A stretch of DNA of 62,825 nt, counting the filler, from Sphacelaria rigidula (lineage: Eukaryota): assembly GCA_964200075.2 (NCBI GenBank). It is 6 parts of 6 records of this genome, joined end to end, with 100 filler letters (N's around TTAATTAATTAA, not from the genome) between each part and the next. Parts side by side here need not be neighbours in the genome. Positions count along the whole stretch, not along the records: positions 1 to 10,389 come from CAXNAA020006593.1; positions 10,490 to 20,878 come from CAXNAA020006594.1; 4 more parts are not named here. The stretch is one strand, 5' to 3'. Each line of letters opens with the position of its first letter. Position 1 is the stretch's first letter. Positions 1 to 12,266 of the stretch are shown piece by piece. Position numbers and translations under genes: made by a program. Under the pieces are notes generated by a model that had not been told where the DNA came from, made no database searches, and saw only the letters and a program-made list of their open reading frames with translations.

Positions 1-47
1 GGGGTGGGTGGGGCGGGGGGGGGGGAGGGGGAAAAAGGTAAACTCAC

Positions 48-91
48 CTGCTGATGACAGAAATCTCCAACTCTGGTCGTAACAAGCGCCC
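48..91 (-). CDS. Exon 4 (probable) of unknown-function gene A; gene runs off the contig end
   Basis: cag|GGGCGC...ATCAGCAG|gtgagt; phase-0 start matches exon 3; reads GRLLRPELEISVIS. Confidence 0.6.
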
Positions 92-967
92 CTGTACCGC
101 CTACGGAAGCAAGAGCGGCGACGGCGACACAAAGAGGATAATAATCCATATTATTAATGCTTGCAAAAGCTGCGGAAAATGTAGGTAATTTCGGAACATT
201 TTCAACACAGGTACAAACCGCCATGTTCATTGTGAACGTAGCTAAGCATGCAGGGCGAGAGTGACTGAAAACTGGCCACGGCCTACCAGCACGTGGTGAC
301 AAATATGGGGTTAACACCAGGGCGTTCAAGGTGAGATAGTCTGGCCAGATATATGTGTGAGTGTGGCGCGGACATGGCAAGCAAGCAAATAAATATACAC
401 TAATATCGGGAACATCATCACTTCAACGAAGTTCTCTCCAACACTTGAGCTGATACATTACAATGTGCTGCTCTCGAAGACTCCCGTCATCGTTGTATTT
501 CTCGCATATAGCTGACGGTGAGCTAGCCCAGGGTCTTGAACACCAGCATGCGTCGTACACCAACATTTCTTTCCAAACAGACTTCTCTTTTCGGGAAACC
601 AAATGGTACACATCAACATTGGTTTAGCTACGCTGTTCGAACGAAAAACTGTTTTGTAGGAGACGTTCGTCGTAGAGGCGTACTGGAGTTAAGCACTTGA
701 AGCTCACTGTAAGCGACAAACGAGAAATACACTTCTGGGGAGGAGAAAGAATACACCGCAAGCGCCCTACCCCAAATATCGGCAGTCACCGAAAAACGCG
801 CACAATACATAGGGCCAGTGCCACGGACAAATACACGTCATGCAGGAATACCTACTGTTTCACTACACAGGGAAATGTGTACGAACTCCGTAGAGTATGG
901 GCACGTCAACAATAACCACAGCCTGGCGCCTAACCTAAATCAAGCAAGCCTTCCGTCGGGCCCTCAC

Positions 968-1285
968 ATGCAGCATGTCCGCGAAGATGCTCTGATTCGC
1001 CATCCGCACTATGATGTCGTCCCTGCGTTGCGACAGGAACTCCTTTACAGTGCGTCCTCCCTGAGCCCCCTTCGCCGCCGCCACCGCCTCCTGACTGAAT
1101 ATCGTGTGGCCCTCCCCCGCTCCACCGACCGCTGGTGCTCCGGTCGGGGGCGGCAAGCGGTGGCCCTCCTCGGTAACGACGGAGTAGGTCATGCGCTGCA
1201 GCTCCGTATCAATCGTGTACGTGGCGAGGTCGTCCCGTTGGTCGTAGTACGTCATGAGTGAGGAGAAATCTCTGAGCACGAGCTC
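968..1285 (-). CDS. Exon 3 of unknown-function gene A
   Basis: C-rich tract then aacag|GAG acceptor and CAT|gtgagg donor; 318 bp, phase 0-0; ELVLRDFSSLMTYYDQRDDLATYTIDTELQRMTY...RMANQSIFADMLH. Confidence 0.8.
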
Positions 1286-2586
1286 CTGTTCGTTCGGGTG
1301 GCGGCGGGGGGTGGGGGGGAAGGAGGGAGTAACCGAGGCTGTATTTTGGTATACTTCTTATTCGTACAGTCAACGTCGCAACCACTTCTAGCACCGTGTG
1401 CGACAGATCTTTGCGTGGCTCCAACCTGTGAAAATACAAAGATGCATCGAGCGATTGAGGCAGCGGTGAAGCATGCAACGAGGACGGCGTGGAGACGCTT
1501 AAACGCGGGACTGAACCTTGAGCACACTCGATAGTGCGCGACAAAGTGCGAGACAAAAAGAAAAAAAAAAGCTGCAGCGCGCGTATCGGTGGTTTTCTTC
1601 CACACATCTTACAATCGATTAAAAAAAAGGCAAACTACGATGTAGCACCTATCAACCTTTGCAGCAGTCTGCATACAGAGTTTTTCGGGGCACAAGCTTG
1701 ACGTATGTGCAGCTCTTCGACGGTGCGCGCACCCTCCAGCAGAGAAATTACATGAAATGGGCGCGGGAGGGTCTTGTTCTTCCCACGGTAACGCATCATA
1801 TGCATCACAGAAATTGTAACTCGCCCAGTGCATCAGGCGTTGCGATAAGAATCGAGATAAAGCCTTGCCACTGGTCGGGGGGGGGGGGAGGGAATCAAAA
1901 GAAGGTCGAGGAGGCTGGATCTGTAAGGAACACGAAGCTATTAGCGCGGTGGCCATATATACTACTGGTACTGACGAGGTCTAATCGACAGAAAGCCACG
2001 TTGCCGACGATGGTATCATCTCTGAACAAAAATAACTGAATATTTCCCCTGACATGATCCAAACACTTTGCGCGTGTCGGTGGCATTCGGGTCGAAACAG
2101 GGAGCGAAACCGGACGCACGCACACGCAGAGCACTGTTGAGGAAGACGTAGATGAGAAGTTAGACTTGTTACTCTGGAAAATATATATATATATATATAA
2201 TTTCAATTTAATCCTTTGACTGGGACGTGATCATTTTGAGTCCATGTTTGCCGATGCGATAGTTATCACCTGGTCTTGTGGTGATTATACTTCTGCAGTG
2301 AAGATCCAAAACGACTCGCAGTGAAAGGGTTGAGAAACGGGAGCTTACTGCCCATTGGAAGGCGCACACTTCGTCCTACATAACCCAAAAACAAACGCTT
2401 CTTGTTCAGCATCCCGATGCATGAGGAATAACGAAGCCTGTGCCCAAAATACCGCCTGTTCATACCGGGTCGCTTCCTTATCATACCGTATGCACGCGTT
2501 TTGGTTAAATATCAGAAAGCGGCGCCACCACCGAGGGAAAACTCGTTACTTCGACCGATTACCCCCCATCTCCTCCCCCACGCGTC

Positions 2587-2877
2587 CCTGATCCGGCGAA
2601 AACTCGGCGTGCTCCGGACCGGCCTTGTAGCTTTGTAGGGATTTTAGTCTGCTATATCGTTCTGTTCAACCCCTCTTTCTTTTTGTCTTTTTTCTTCTGT
2701 CCCTTCTTTTTTTTTTAGAGCATGTTTCAGTTTCGCTTTTCTTGGGTACGTCTATCATGAGACCACGACTGGACCCCTGGGGGGTCAGTTGAAGTACGAC
2801 AATCAATCAATCAAAAAAGGGATGCGAGGTCAATGGTATTATGAATATGGCGTGCAAGATCATGAGTACACCCCCCC
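2587..2877 (+). mobile_element. Oligo(C)-ended interspersed repeat, family X (retroposon-like)
   Basis: Head ccggcgaaaac...tttgtaggg and tail gatgcgaggtcaatggt...gagtacaCCCCCCC shared with 53665-54225 and (reverse) 51970-52339. Confidence 0.6.
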
Positions 2878-2878
2878 A

Positions 2879-2967
2879 GGTGTTCCGTCTCGAAAGTGAT
2901 GCGTGGTCAATGGTTAAATGACTAAGGTAAGACAAAGGTAGGCAACAAATGAGTACCCCCCCCCCCC
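2879..2967 (+). mobile_element. Oligo(C)-ended short repeat, family Y, next to the C tail of the X copy
   Basis: gatgcgtggtcaatgg...gcaacaaatgagtac(C)n; homologous to 10490-10560, 31467-31513 and 62189-62270. Confidence 0.6.
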
Positions 2968-2977
2968 GCGTTCCTAC

Positions 2978-3131
2978 CTGATTGATGCCTTCCCTGACGG
3001 ACGGGTCTACCAGGTCTTCCAAGTAGCAACCAAGCTCGGAGAAAAACTTATCCGTCATGTCGTCAACCTGCCGAGAAAACAGGACCTCTGCTTCGAGCTC
3101 CTCCAGGGTTTTGGTCCTTTGTTGCTGTTGC

Positions 3132-3168
<37 letters not shown>

Positions 3169-3174
3169 GGTCAC
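2978..3174 (-). CDS. Exon 2 of unknown-function gene A (polyQ)
   Basis: atcag|GT acceptor (phase 1, joins exon 1 as Gly) and CAG|gtagga donor (phase 0); D(Q)17RTKTLEELEAEVLFSRQVDDMTDKFFSELGCYLEDLVDPSVREGINQ. Confidence 0.8.
3119..3169 (-). repeat. Coding (CAA/CAG)17 microsatellite, polyglutamine
   Basis: 17 consecutive Gln codons in exon 2. Confidence 0.9.
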
Positions 3175-4025
3175 CTGATCGAATTATCGTCAGCACTACG
3201 CGCGTGAGAGCGGCTCGGCTTTCATGTTGCCTTCGGGCCACTGTGCATGAATATCGCTTCGATTGCACTATGGTGTCCCCGGCTGAAGATGACGTGCACA
3301 ACTACTGCCTTCAATTTCATTGGGACACTCTCCATCTCGTGTCCAACAAAGAGAGAGGAACATGCCCTTGTAAAGTCACGCATCCTTGAAGGCAAGTCGT
3401 TCGTCGCACCAGTATCTTGGAACACTTCGAACAGCCATGATCGGCGCTTCACTTGAAGCGATGTGGTAGTCGATGCAGCAAATATGCAGGTCGATTAACA
3501 GGTTTGTCAGCGGGAGGCTTATTTATGGTAGCAGGTTCATGCACACGTGCAACATGACGGCGCTTTACATCACTACATTACTGGAAACTGCATCCTTCGC
3601 CGTGTGTACGTACATCACGTGAGAGGGAGTATCACCCCGTCGGTACGTTTTCAGTCCGTCCAGAGGAGCAAGATCAAAGCCCTCCCGATCACAAACTTCT
3701 CCCTACGTGAACGATCTCCGACTTAAATTTTCGCTTCAGTACAACTTGCGGCGGCATGGTCACCGAAAATAGCATCATCGTCGCAGTTTCCCATAACATT
3801 GAGGTTGCAAGGGGGGTGTTACACCCCGTCATCTTTGATGCCTCAAGCCACAAGAACAACACGAGCAGGTGGCAGTCACAGTTGATGAAACCTCATCAGG
3901 TATAGCGAAGGTTTATCCACCACGCGAAATGTCAGAGAGAGTAGAAGCACAGGTGGCTAACTAGAACGCCGAAGCTAAAAAACTGGATCATGGCGTGGGG
4001 GGTGTTATTGTAAGGGCCAACATAC

Positions 4026-4161
4026 CATCGCTAGCGGCCCAATCCCATTCTTCCGCTTGAACGTCCTGCGGCTGCGGTGGTGCAAGGTTCCCTCCACCCG
4101 CCGATGGAGCAACGGTATTGCCGTCCCCGTCTCCCCAGTCATCCCAATCATCATCGGCCAT
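4026..4161 (-). CDS. Exon 1 of unknown-function gene A (acidic, Trp-rich N-terminus)
   Basis: ATG at 4161; MADDDWDDWGDGDG...EEWDWAASD; G|gtatgt donor in phase 1, compatible with exon 2. Confidence 0.8.
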
Positions 4162-5324
4162 GGCTGGACTATTATGCACTGCTTTGAACTGGCGAAGGCG
4201 CGACGGTTCTTCAGCACGGTACAGTACAATATACGAACAACAGTGCTGAGTGTGGTGTAGAGACAATATACGATGGCCGCACGCGTATGCAGACTACATA
4301 TGGTACGGCGTGAATATGCTACTGTCTGTGCTGTGCTTTTGTTCACCCAATAGCACTGTACTTTGCGTGGTCTCCACTATGAACCCGAGGCGGATCTCCT
4401 CGACAGCTGCCGTGAACAGTGCGCATCAGAACGGCAGGTGCTTTGGATCCAACACTCAGACCCGCAATCGGGGGTTGCCCCTTTGGAGGTCGCTTAGAAT
4501 GAGTGTACGTACACCTCCAGAAGTGAACGACTAGTAAGCAGGAGCAAAGGATCTCTTTTCTTGTGAGTTGAGTATGATAATGCAGTACTGTTTGCGAATT
4601 CTTTGGCGCGATCGTAGGGGGTTTAAACCTCTAATAGTCGCTCCTATTTCCCTCGAAGTGTGCTAAGCTCTGCCAAGTAAGAGATATCTTTCCACGATCT
4701 TCAGTCGCCAGCTAGTTACGCCGCATTACACGGCAGCGACCGTGTACTTCAAGCAGCGCTGTCGTCGCCACAGCTGTTCGCGTTTTACCTCAGGGTCATT
4801 TGACACAACAGCATTTTCCCGTGAAGCTCTTGTGTTTTTGAACCAGTTTCCGCGTTACTTCATCATGGTCCGGTTCTTATATGCCGGGCGTTCGATTTCC
4901 ACAAATCGGCAGTATTTGACAACGTTATATGTTTTCATGATAACCACGTACACCTCGATAGTGCTGCAAGCGCCGGAGGTGGCGGCGGCTTATCCACAGG
5001 ACGCATTGAGATGCCTGGCTTCCGTGAAAGAACCCGAAGAACTTCTGATATGCCCGGAGCACAGGTTTGCTTATCGCTTGTTGTTTCGATCCCCGTGCAG
5101 CGAGCAAGTGGCGATAATCGAGCGGTCAAGAAACCCGGAAATCTCATGGCCTGGGATAATAAACTAGCCCTGAAGTCTACACACAATAAAAACTAGGAGA
5201 GAAGAAGGCGCGTTCGCACGTTATGACTTGTTTCATGCAGGGATCTGAGAGTGTAGATCCGTGAATGACCAGCCTAGTCTCATCGGTGGCGTGTGAAACC
5301 TCAAACAGGATACCGCCGACTGTT

Positions 5325-5687
5325 GTGTGTTGTGTTGTCATCCCACCGTTTCTGGACGCCACCAGTCCACACCATTCATTCGGTATATGCGGGCGCATCA
5401 GCCAGGGTCACACAGGGGGAAGGCCAGCACAGGAGTTTTTATTTTTAGCACTCCGCCTTCCTTCTGCGGTGCTCACCTTACGTTTTATCGCGAGAAGGGT
5501 TCAGCGGTTCCTTTCCGTCGTCGACTGTGAGGTCGATTTTTGTGTACCCACGACACGGTTGATCTACACTGTTGGGGGTATGATGTGAGAAAAAGTCCCA
5601 GATCGTGTGACTTCACCGAGATTCGAACCCACGTCCCAACCGTCAGAATAAGGTTTCGAGGTTACCAACTGAACCACCGGGGCGACC
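5325..5687 (-). mobile_element. tRNA-derived SINE
   Basis: Minus strand has A box TGGTTCAGTTGG and B box GGTTCGAATC; body colinear with the copy at 25240-25592. Confidence 0.8.
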
Positions 5688-7014
5688 GGCTTCCCTGGGT
5701 ATTGATTTGTCTATTAATCGGTCTATTGATTGGTGGATCGTGGCATATTGACTAACCCCCGAGGAATCCAGCCATGGGGACAAGATGGACGCACCCAACG
5801 GAAATAGGACGGAATACTGGTTAGAGAGGAAAGCTCGAGAAGGAGAGGAAATGAAGATGGAGAGAGAAGGAACAAACAGAGTAAATTGAAAAACGAGGTA
5901 CATAAAAAAAATGAAAACAAGAACAAAAAAAAATAATGAAAGAAGGAAAATAAACGGAGAGCAAGGGGGGTAAGAGATGTATTACTACCGGTCCTGCTCG
6001 AAAAAAGAATGGCCGGCCCCTGCCGCATTGTTCCAGGTAAAAAGGTCGTGCAAGATCGAACAATAATAATACGAGAAAAAATGTTGTGAACGCGATTCAC
6101 CCCGCAGCTTTTCGGGAACCATACTGTTCGAACACAAACTTGAGTTCTTTCGGAACGCGACACAAACACTTTGGATTATTGTTTTTGTCCTGCAAGTTAT
6201 GGGGTCCGCCAGCGGATCGGTGTCGTACTATTTACCTCTCCCGTGCGAGGAGAATTCAGCACTAGATCTGTAACATTTATTATGGTATCCGATATTTTTT
6301 CATTACACCGTTGAAATTCTTCATGTCCGATTGGCCCCTAACATTTCGTGTAAATCCGTCCAGTCCAACGGGCGCAAGCACCGCGGAAGAAACGTAAATG
6401 CCCCCGAATCAGTAATTTCGTTGGCCAAAACTTCCTGCTACCAGGCGCTCCCAACAGCCCATGCAAGTCTCCTGTTGGGTTTTCCCCCTCACTAAACCTA
6501 TCCACTGAGCGCTGAGCACCCTGAATTTCACCTGAGTCATCGTGGGGGTGATCCTGATACACAGATCATACGCTGAACCAGCAGTCTCAATGAGGTTTGA
6601 TGCGTCAACAGGTACATCAGAAATTAGGCCAAGAAGCACGGAAAAAAACGTTCAGACCATGCTATTTCGACGAGAAAATATCGGAACAGTATTCTTGAAC
6701 GCTTGAATTGATTGCGTGTAAGATTCTCCTTCGGTCGTCATCACGAGGTCCCAGTGAATCGTTCTAGAGCTAGAAACATGGCGAGTCGAGTCTGATGATG
6801 AACACTATTTGGGCAGAGGAAGTATCATTACCACGAAGGCGCCAAGTACGTCGATCTAAATGCGTGTCCTCCAACACCTACATACGATGATAATACATTC
6901 AACAAGTGCCGTTCGTATTCGCCAGAACACAGCATGTTGTTGACAGCGTCGAATGTTGTGCACATACACTACTTACTCCATATACTCTGTGTGTTTCTGG
7001 CGAACGTCATCTAG

Positions 7015-7101
7015 GAATGGATATTGCGTGAAAGAGGTCTCTAATCTGCTGGAGGAGGATTGCGGTCGGACAAGCTACTTTGGCGACAAGTGGAACTCAC
7101 A
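7015..7101 (+). CDS. Candidate internal exon of an unidentified plus-strand gene
   Basis: ctag|G...CA|gtgagt; 87 bp, phase 2-2, open (NGYCVKEVSNLLEEDCGRTSYFGDKWNS); no homology recognised. Confidence 0.3.
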
Positions 7102-7842
7102 GTGAGTAACGACCATGCGTTCCTTGCAGGTTCTGACACAGATTGTCGTTTACGATCACCGCAATATGCATGCATATCGGTGACTCCCATTATATAAAAT
7201 CTGAGCCAAACACTCCAGAGAGACCGGCGTATTGTCCACTATTATACTAATGCACAGGTCATATATGCATAGGACTGTACAGTTTCCGAGAGGGAGCTAT
7301 AGAAAATAGCAGGGAAAGTTTCAGAGTTGCGTCGCGATGTTACGTTCCTGCAGTCGCCACTGGCTTTGGTCCTCTGTAGTTGAGTCCGATTTGACCGCTA
7401 TGTAAAACTTTCTCGTCGAATTTGACGGCCATGAAGTGCTGGGGGGTTGAAGGTAGAAGATATCGTTAGATTTTTGGAATGGGGTTATGGTCGACAGCTT
7501 TGTCGAAGAAAACTGACTCGTCTACTTTGATAAGGAGTCCACACATTATCGAACGCGGCCGCCCTGAAATGATCCATCAAGAGGCACCTTCACGCACAGC
7601 AGAGCTCTCGATCCGTCCAGCGAGAGAGGGCAAAAACCGGTGGCCGAGAATGTAGCAGAAAATGCCTCATCAGGCAAGGCAGAAAACGCCCAGGATGCTC
7701 CTCGAGACGACACACACACTGCTGTTCATCCCGATTTCGATGCAGCAACATGTCTTGGGCTTATGACATCATATAGTCATTTGGAGCTACTAGTACTGCA
7801 GATAGAAGTCGATAGCCTCACGATACATTCTTGGTACTTGAC

Positions 7843-8047
7843 CAAGGGCAGGTCGAGTAGAGTATACTCAATTGCGGGGTATTTTCAAAGACGTACTTGG
7901 GGCACTCAAATTGGGGTAGAGTGTTGGGAGTCGTACCAAAAAAATACCTGGGAAGCGATTCCTGGAACCCTACCCCCAATTTATGTACTTTAAGTACGAC
8001 TTTGGAAATACCCCGCAGTTGAGTATACTCTACTCGACCTACCCTTG
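7843..8047. mobile_element. hAT-like MITE
   Basis: TIR caagggcaggtcgagtagagtatactcaa / ttgagtatactctactcgacctacccttg; imperfect 8-bp flanks tacttgac/caattgac. Confidence 0.75.
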
Positions 8048-9555
8048 CAATTGACCCATCCAGCCCACGCAATGTGGGAGTTGCAACTACGGCAAGAACA
8101 TGAGCCAGATCATCCGTCCTTGGACGAACGACAGAAGAGTAAACGAATCGACAATCGCGCCTGTAGTGCCGAAAAGTGCAACCGCGGGAACGGAAACAGC
8201 GAGAAGAAAAAACGGAAGGGGGGCTTGCATTATGATGCCGCCAACTTCATCTGGGATATGAGTACCCATCAAGGACGTCCATCCGGGATCTGTAATCCAT
8301 CTGAAATGTTGAGAAACCCCATAATAGACACCCATCTAGGCCTTGCATGCCCCATATTGACCTCCAGTCTGACATGAACGTGCACTTGGAGCATCTTCCC
8401 TACCGAGACAAGCTTTCCCTGTTGACGGTTTTCTATTTCCATAGGTTCACGATATTTGCCTAGCCCGAGTCTAAATGCCAACCGTAACCCTGACCCTCAC
8501 TCAAACCCGTGAACAGCTTCAGGTATAATGACCGTGCATCAGGGTCAGCGTGCGCTGTCAGAGCGCCCCACAGTGTGCGTCGGTAGGTCACATATCTTGA
8601 CTAGCATGCTTGAAGCGCCGTCAAGTGTGGGTTACAATTGCGCTGGCAAGCATGGTGCAATCCAATGTGCGGTGGTAAAGCTACATCTGGGCCAGCGAGC
8701 GAAGCACAGCGTACGTTGGTAGGGCACAACATCTGGACTAGTGTGCGCTCGTAGAGCACAGTGCAGGATACACTGGTAGGGCATGCAGTTGTGTTCGAAC
8801 GAGCTGATACAAAGCCGTACTGTGTACGAAGACACGAACGTCCCACACAACTATCGCAGAGAGGTCTCCGATACATGTCCCAGATGAATGCGAGGCCCCA
8901 GATGGATATCCTAGACGGACGTTAATATCCTAGATGAATACGAGTATCCCGTATTGATGCCCATATTCCAGGTGGATTCTCCATATGGATATCTACCTCT
9001 CGGATGGTGCCTGTACGATAATGTAATACCGTAAACCAAAAACGATATACAATTTGGGTACAATTTATGTCGAAAGGCGCACGGAGTAATGGCACGGTAG
9101 GGCACACATCGGTGTGTACCATACGAAGGTACATCCCACATATTCGGATGCTCCAGCGTTGACACGGCAATATAGCAGCCGCTGTTGGTGGGCCTCCGCA
9201 TCTAGTGGACACGGCCTCCCACTCCCTCGTAATTGCTCACGAAATGTCAACATGGCCACAATTAGCCTCTGTCCTTGAGCAAACGTTTACTCTCGCGTGC
9301 GTGCTGGAGTACAAGGAAAAATGAATATCGACATAATATAAATTTCCCCCTGGGCACAAATATATGATACCAAATGACCATTGGGGGTCGATAAGGTTTT
9401 GTTTCTCATGAATATCCAAGTCTATTCGAAGATTGGGCATTGTTGAGTGTACTACGGCCATCCGAATTCGAGCAAATGCATTCAAGTAGAGACATATCTA
9501 CGAGGAATATTCAATGTCTCGATATTCAACATTCATTGGGCAGGTTACTTGCTAC

Positions 9556-9641
9556 TGTTGTTGTTGTTGTTGTTGTTGTTGTTATCTTCACATTAAAAAC
9601 CGTTCCGATATCTGCGCGGTACATTTGTACTGGGCATCTTA
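9556..9641 (-). mobile_element. 5'-truncated non-LTR retroposon 3' end with (CAA)n tail
   Basis: Reverse complement matches 29280-29357 (aatgtaccgcgcagatatcggaacgg...aatgtgaaga then CAA repeats). Confidence 0.7.
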
Positions 9642-10389
9642 GTGCGCCAGTACCACTGCGTAAAACCTACTTCACGCACTGTTCAGACAAGATCGGTTCC
9701 CACATGCTTGGCCTGAATCCATGCATCGGTGGGTGTACATACATGGAGCAGAAATCTTAGGAACACTTGTATACCCAGGAGCTGAAGGTCTAAACCTCCA
9801 ACAGACAGTCATTGCGGCAATCGCTCTTTTCCCATGTGTTGCATTCCCCCTGTCAGAACGAACAAATGTGAATATCGCAAGTGCGGGGCGACGTGCGAAG
9901 AATCGAGCTGGGACTTTGAGTTCGAGGGCGAGTCATATGAGAGGAATCGCTTCTGCTGTGATTTCCAATATTGCAACGGTACGGTGCGACGTGACGTGCA
10001 GTACACGCGGGTTTAGGTTTGTGTGGCTATAAGTGAAGATCCGTATGCCGGCTTTTTCCACTGGATAAAAAACTTCAGCCTACCCTAACGTAAGCTGTGT
10101 ATGTTTGTGACCAACATCATGAAGATCGCAGGAAAACATGTCACTTATGCCTACCCCCAAGAAGGCTACCCGGGACTTCAAATATATACCTTACGTACGA
10201 AAAAAAATGCTCGTAAGCTTGTTCGTCGATAGGCCTTCGAACAATGTTTTGTTACATTCAGTGAACCAACTTGCAACGGCATATGCGTTGTTTTCCATTC
10301 GAACAAACGGTATTAATCGGAGTCATCCTCTAGTGGTGGTCCCCGCGATTCATGATGACGCGTCAATGTACCCCTTCCCATCCTGCTGC

Positions 10390-10489
10390 NNNNNNNNNNN
10401 NNNNNNNNNNNNNNNNNNNNNNNNNNNNNNNNNTTAATTAATTAANNNNNNNNNNNNNNNNNNNNNNNNNNNNNNNNNNNNNNNNNNNN
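10390..10489. other. Artificial contig spacer
   Basis: 44 N + TTAATTAATTAA + 44 N. Confidence 0.99.
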
Positions 10490-10560
10490 GGGCGTACTCA
10501 TTTGTTGCTTGCCTTAGTCATTTGACCATTGACCACGCATCCCTTTCGAGACGGAGCACC
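10490..10560 (-). mobile_element. Oligo(C)-ended family Y copy at contig start
   Basis: gtactcatttgttgcttgccttagtcatttgaccattgaccacgcatcc is the reverse complement of 2879-2967. Confidence 0.6.
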
Positions 10561-12266
10561 GCGCGCAGCACCACGCGGGCGGGGGGGGGGAAGGGGTGCA
10601 TTCACAAGCAAATACGATAACCAGTCCGGTCTTGTTCACGCGGACGAAGCCGTCAGCCTCGTGCACGTAGGGGCAGCCCCTTACACTACGCTGATTAGTA
10701 CGAGATGCAGTATTCTTTGCGCAAGTTCTGGAAAACATGTGATGGACGGTGGAGGGTCACCGCGCAGTGGTCTAGTGGGGCTGGGTTTCACACAAGGGTT
10801 ACAGCAGACAGGCGGCGTTTCTTTACTCAGTGACCAATACTTGATTCTGGATACTGAAGAGGGTACGGTAACGAGAAAAGGCTCGGGAAATGCGATAGCT
10901 CAAAGCAGAGTGAACGCTACTATTCTTTAGCGAATGTCACGTGTGGCGACAACAGCCAAAACGAAAACATGTTTTTTGGTAGGTCGGCCGAAACTTTCAG
11001 TTAATGCGCTCTCCTCGATGATAGTATGGGTCGTGTCATCGCATAGGCCAATGACTCAAGAGTTCCGCAGGTGCCGAGGTGGTCAGGACAGCCTTTCCCG
11101 CACGAAGTGACGAATAGCTCGACCATGTAGCGGCTAAAAAATTGTTTTACAAAAAAAATAAGGAGATTTCGCGCGTGAATGTACGCGTCATAAATGCAGA
11201 TCTGAAGTCGGACTTTCACGTTCAATCTGACGTCTACCCGAGCATGTGTGGGAGCACAACAAGGACGAGGAAGTCTCCAGTAGCTACTGTAGAAACCGTG
11301 GTGAAGCCAGCGGGGCCGCAATTGGTCCGTGGCCGCAGAAAAACAGCACGGTGTTACCGCGCTACAGCACAGCCATGAGTGACTGTCGCTACCCTATACT
11401 GTACTACTGACCGTACTGTTTGTGTACAGAAAGCCGTCAGCATGTCACACACGGTACACCCTCAGCACCTCAAGTTCCTACGTGAGAAAAGACATCCTAG
11501 ATACTGCACGATAGATCTGTCGCCCAGCAACAGCCATGCGATGACTTGAGTTTGTGCATCTGTGGGAACAGGTTGTTCGAAAAATATAATCTCACTGTAC
11601 TGCCTCAAACACTGGCGGTACACAGCAACAATGACTTTCAACCAGGTGACGTTCGGGTTGATTTCTTTCTCGGGACCCACAACATGAGTAGCGCTCCACA
11701 TATGCCAATAGCTGGTAGACGGCACGCTTTCCAACGTGCCTAAAATTTGCGGCAGGTTCGGCGCGATTGTCTGTATATGTAGTGGTATAACCCGTAAAGC
11801 ACTCTGTGTAACCACTATCACGTCGCCACCATGGGCTATCTGCAGCGAACCTGCCGATAAAAATTGGGTGCGATCGAAAGATCCAAACTGCAGATTTCTA
11901 ATGAATATCCCCACTTCGCTTAATTTGCGTGGCCGGAAAAGATGTATCCTACGCGGGTCAAGTCCAGTATTTTGACTGCTGCCACCATGGAGCATGTCAG
12001 ACTCGAAAGTGTAACCTGACGATTTATGCGGTGCTCGCAAAGGGTTTATTTCATTGGACGTCGAGTAGATCTGACAATAGCACCGGTAGCCAACTATTTT
12101 GTTATATTAGAGTTGCTGATGATGAATGCAATATACGCCGATAGACCAAAATTCGTAGAGCTCGGAAATGGTACCAGTTATAACTGGCCGTTATCATTTT
12201 ATTTTATTTTCTCACACTTTGAACCCGGTGCCATACATGGCGATGTTCGATTCTGCTTGCACCATA

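Noticed and set aside
1965..2000. CTGACGA...GAAA as a hammerhead ribozyme
   Set aside because: Stem II closing pair is G-A, and stems I and III were not found.
2270..2292. Possible 23-bp micro-exon of gene A
   Set aside because: It would break the phase-0 join between exons 2 and 3, which already reads through.
8460..8510. Telomere-like degenerate CCCTAA motifs (also near 22035 and 30740)
   Set aside because: Too short and degenerate to call interstitial telomeric repeats.
10434..10445. TTAATTAATTAA motif recurring every 10.49 kb
   Set aside because: Synthetic linker centred in N runs; not biological.
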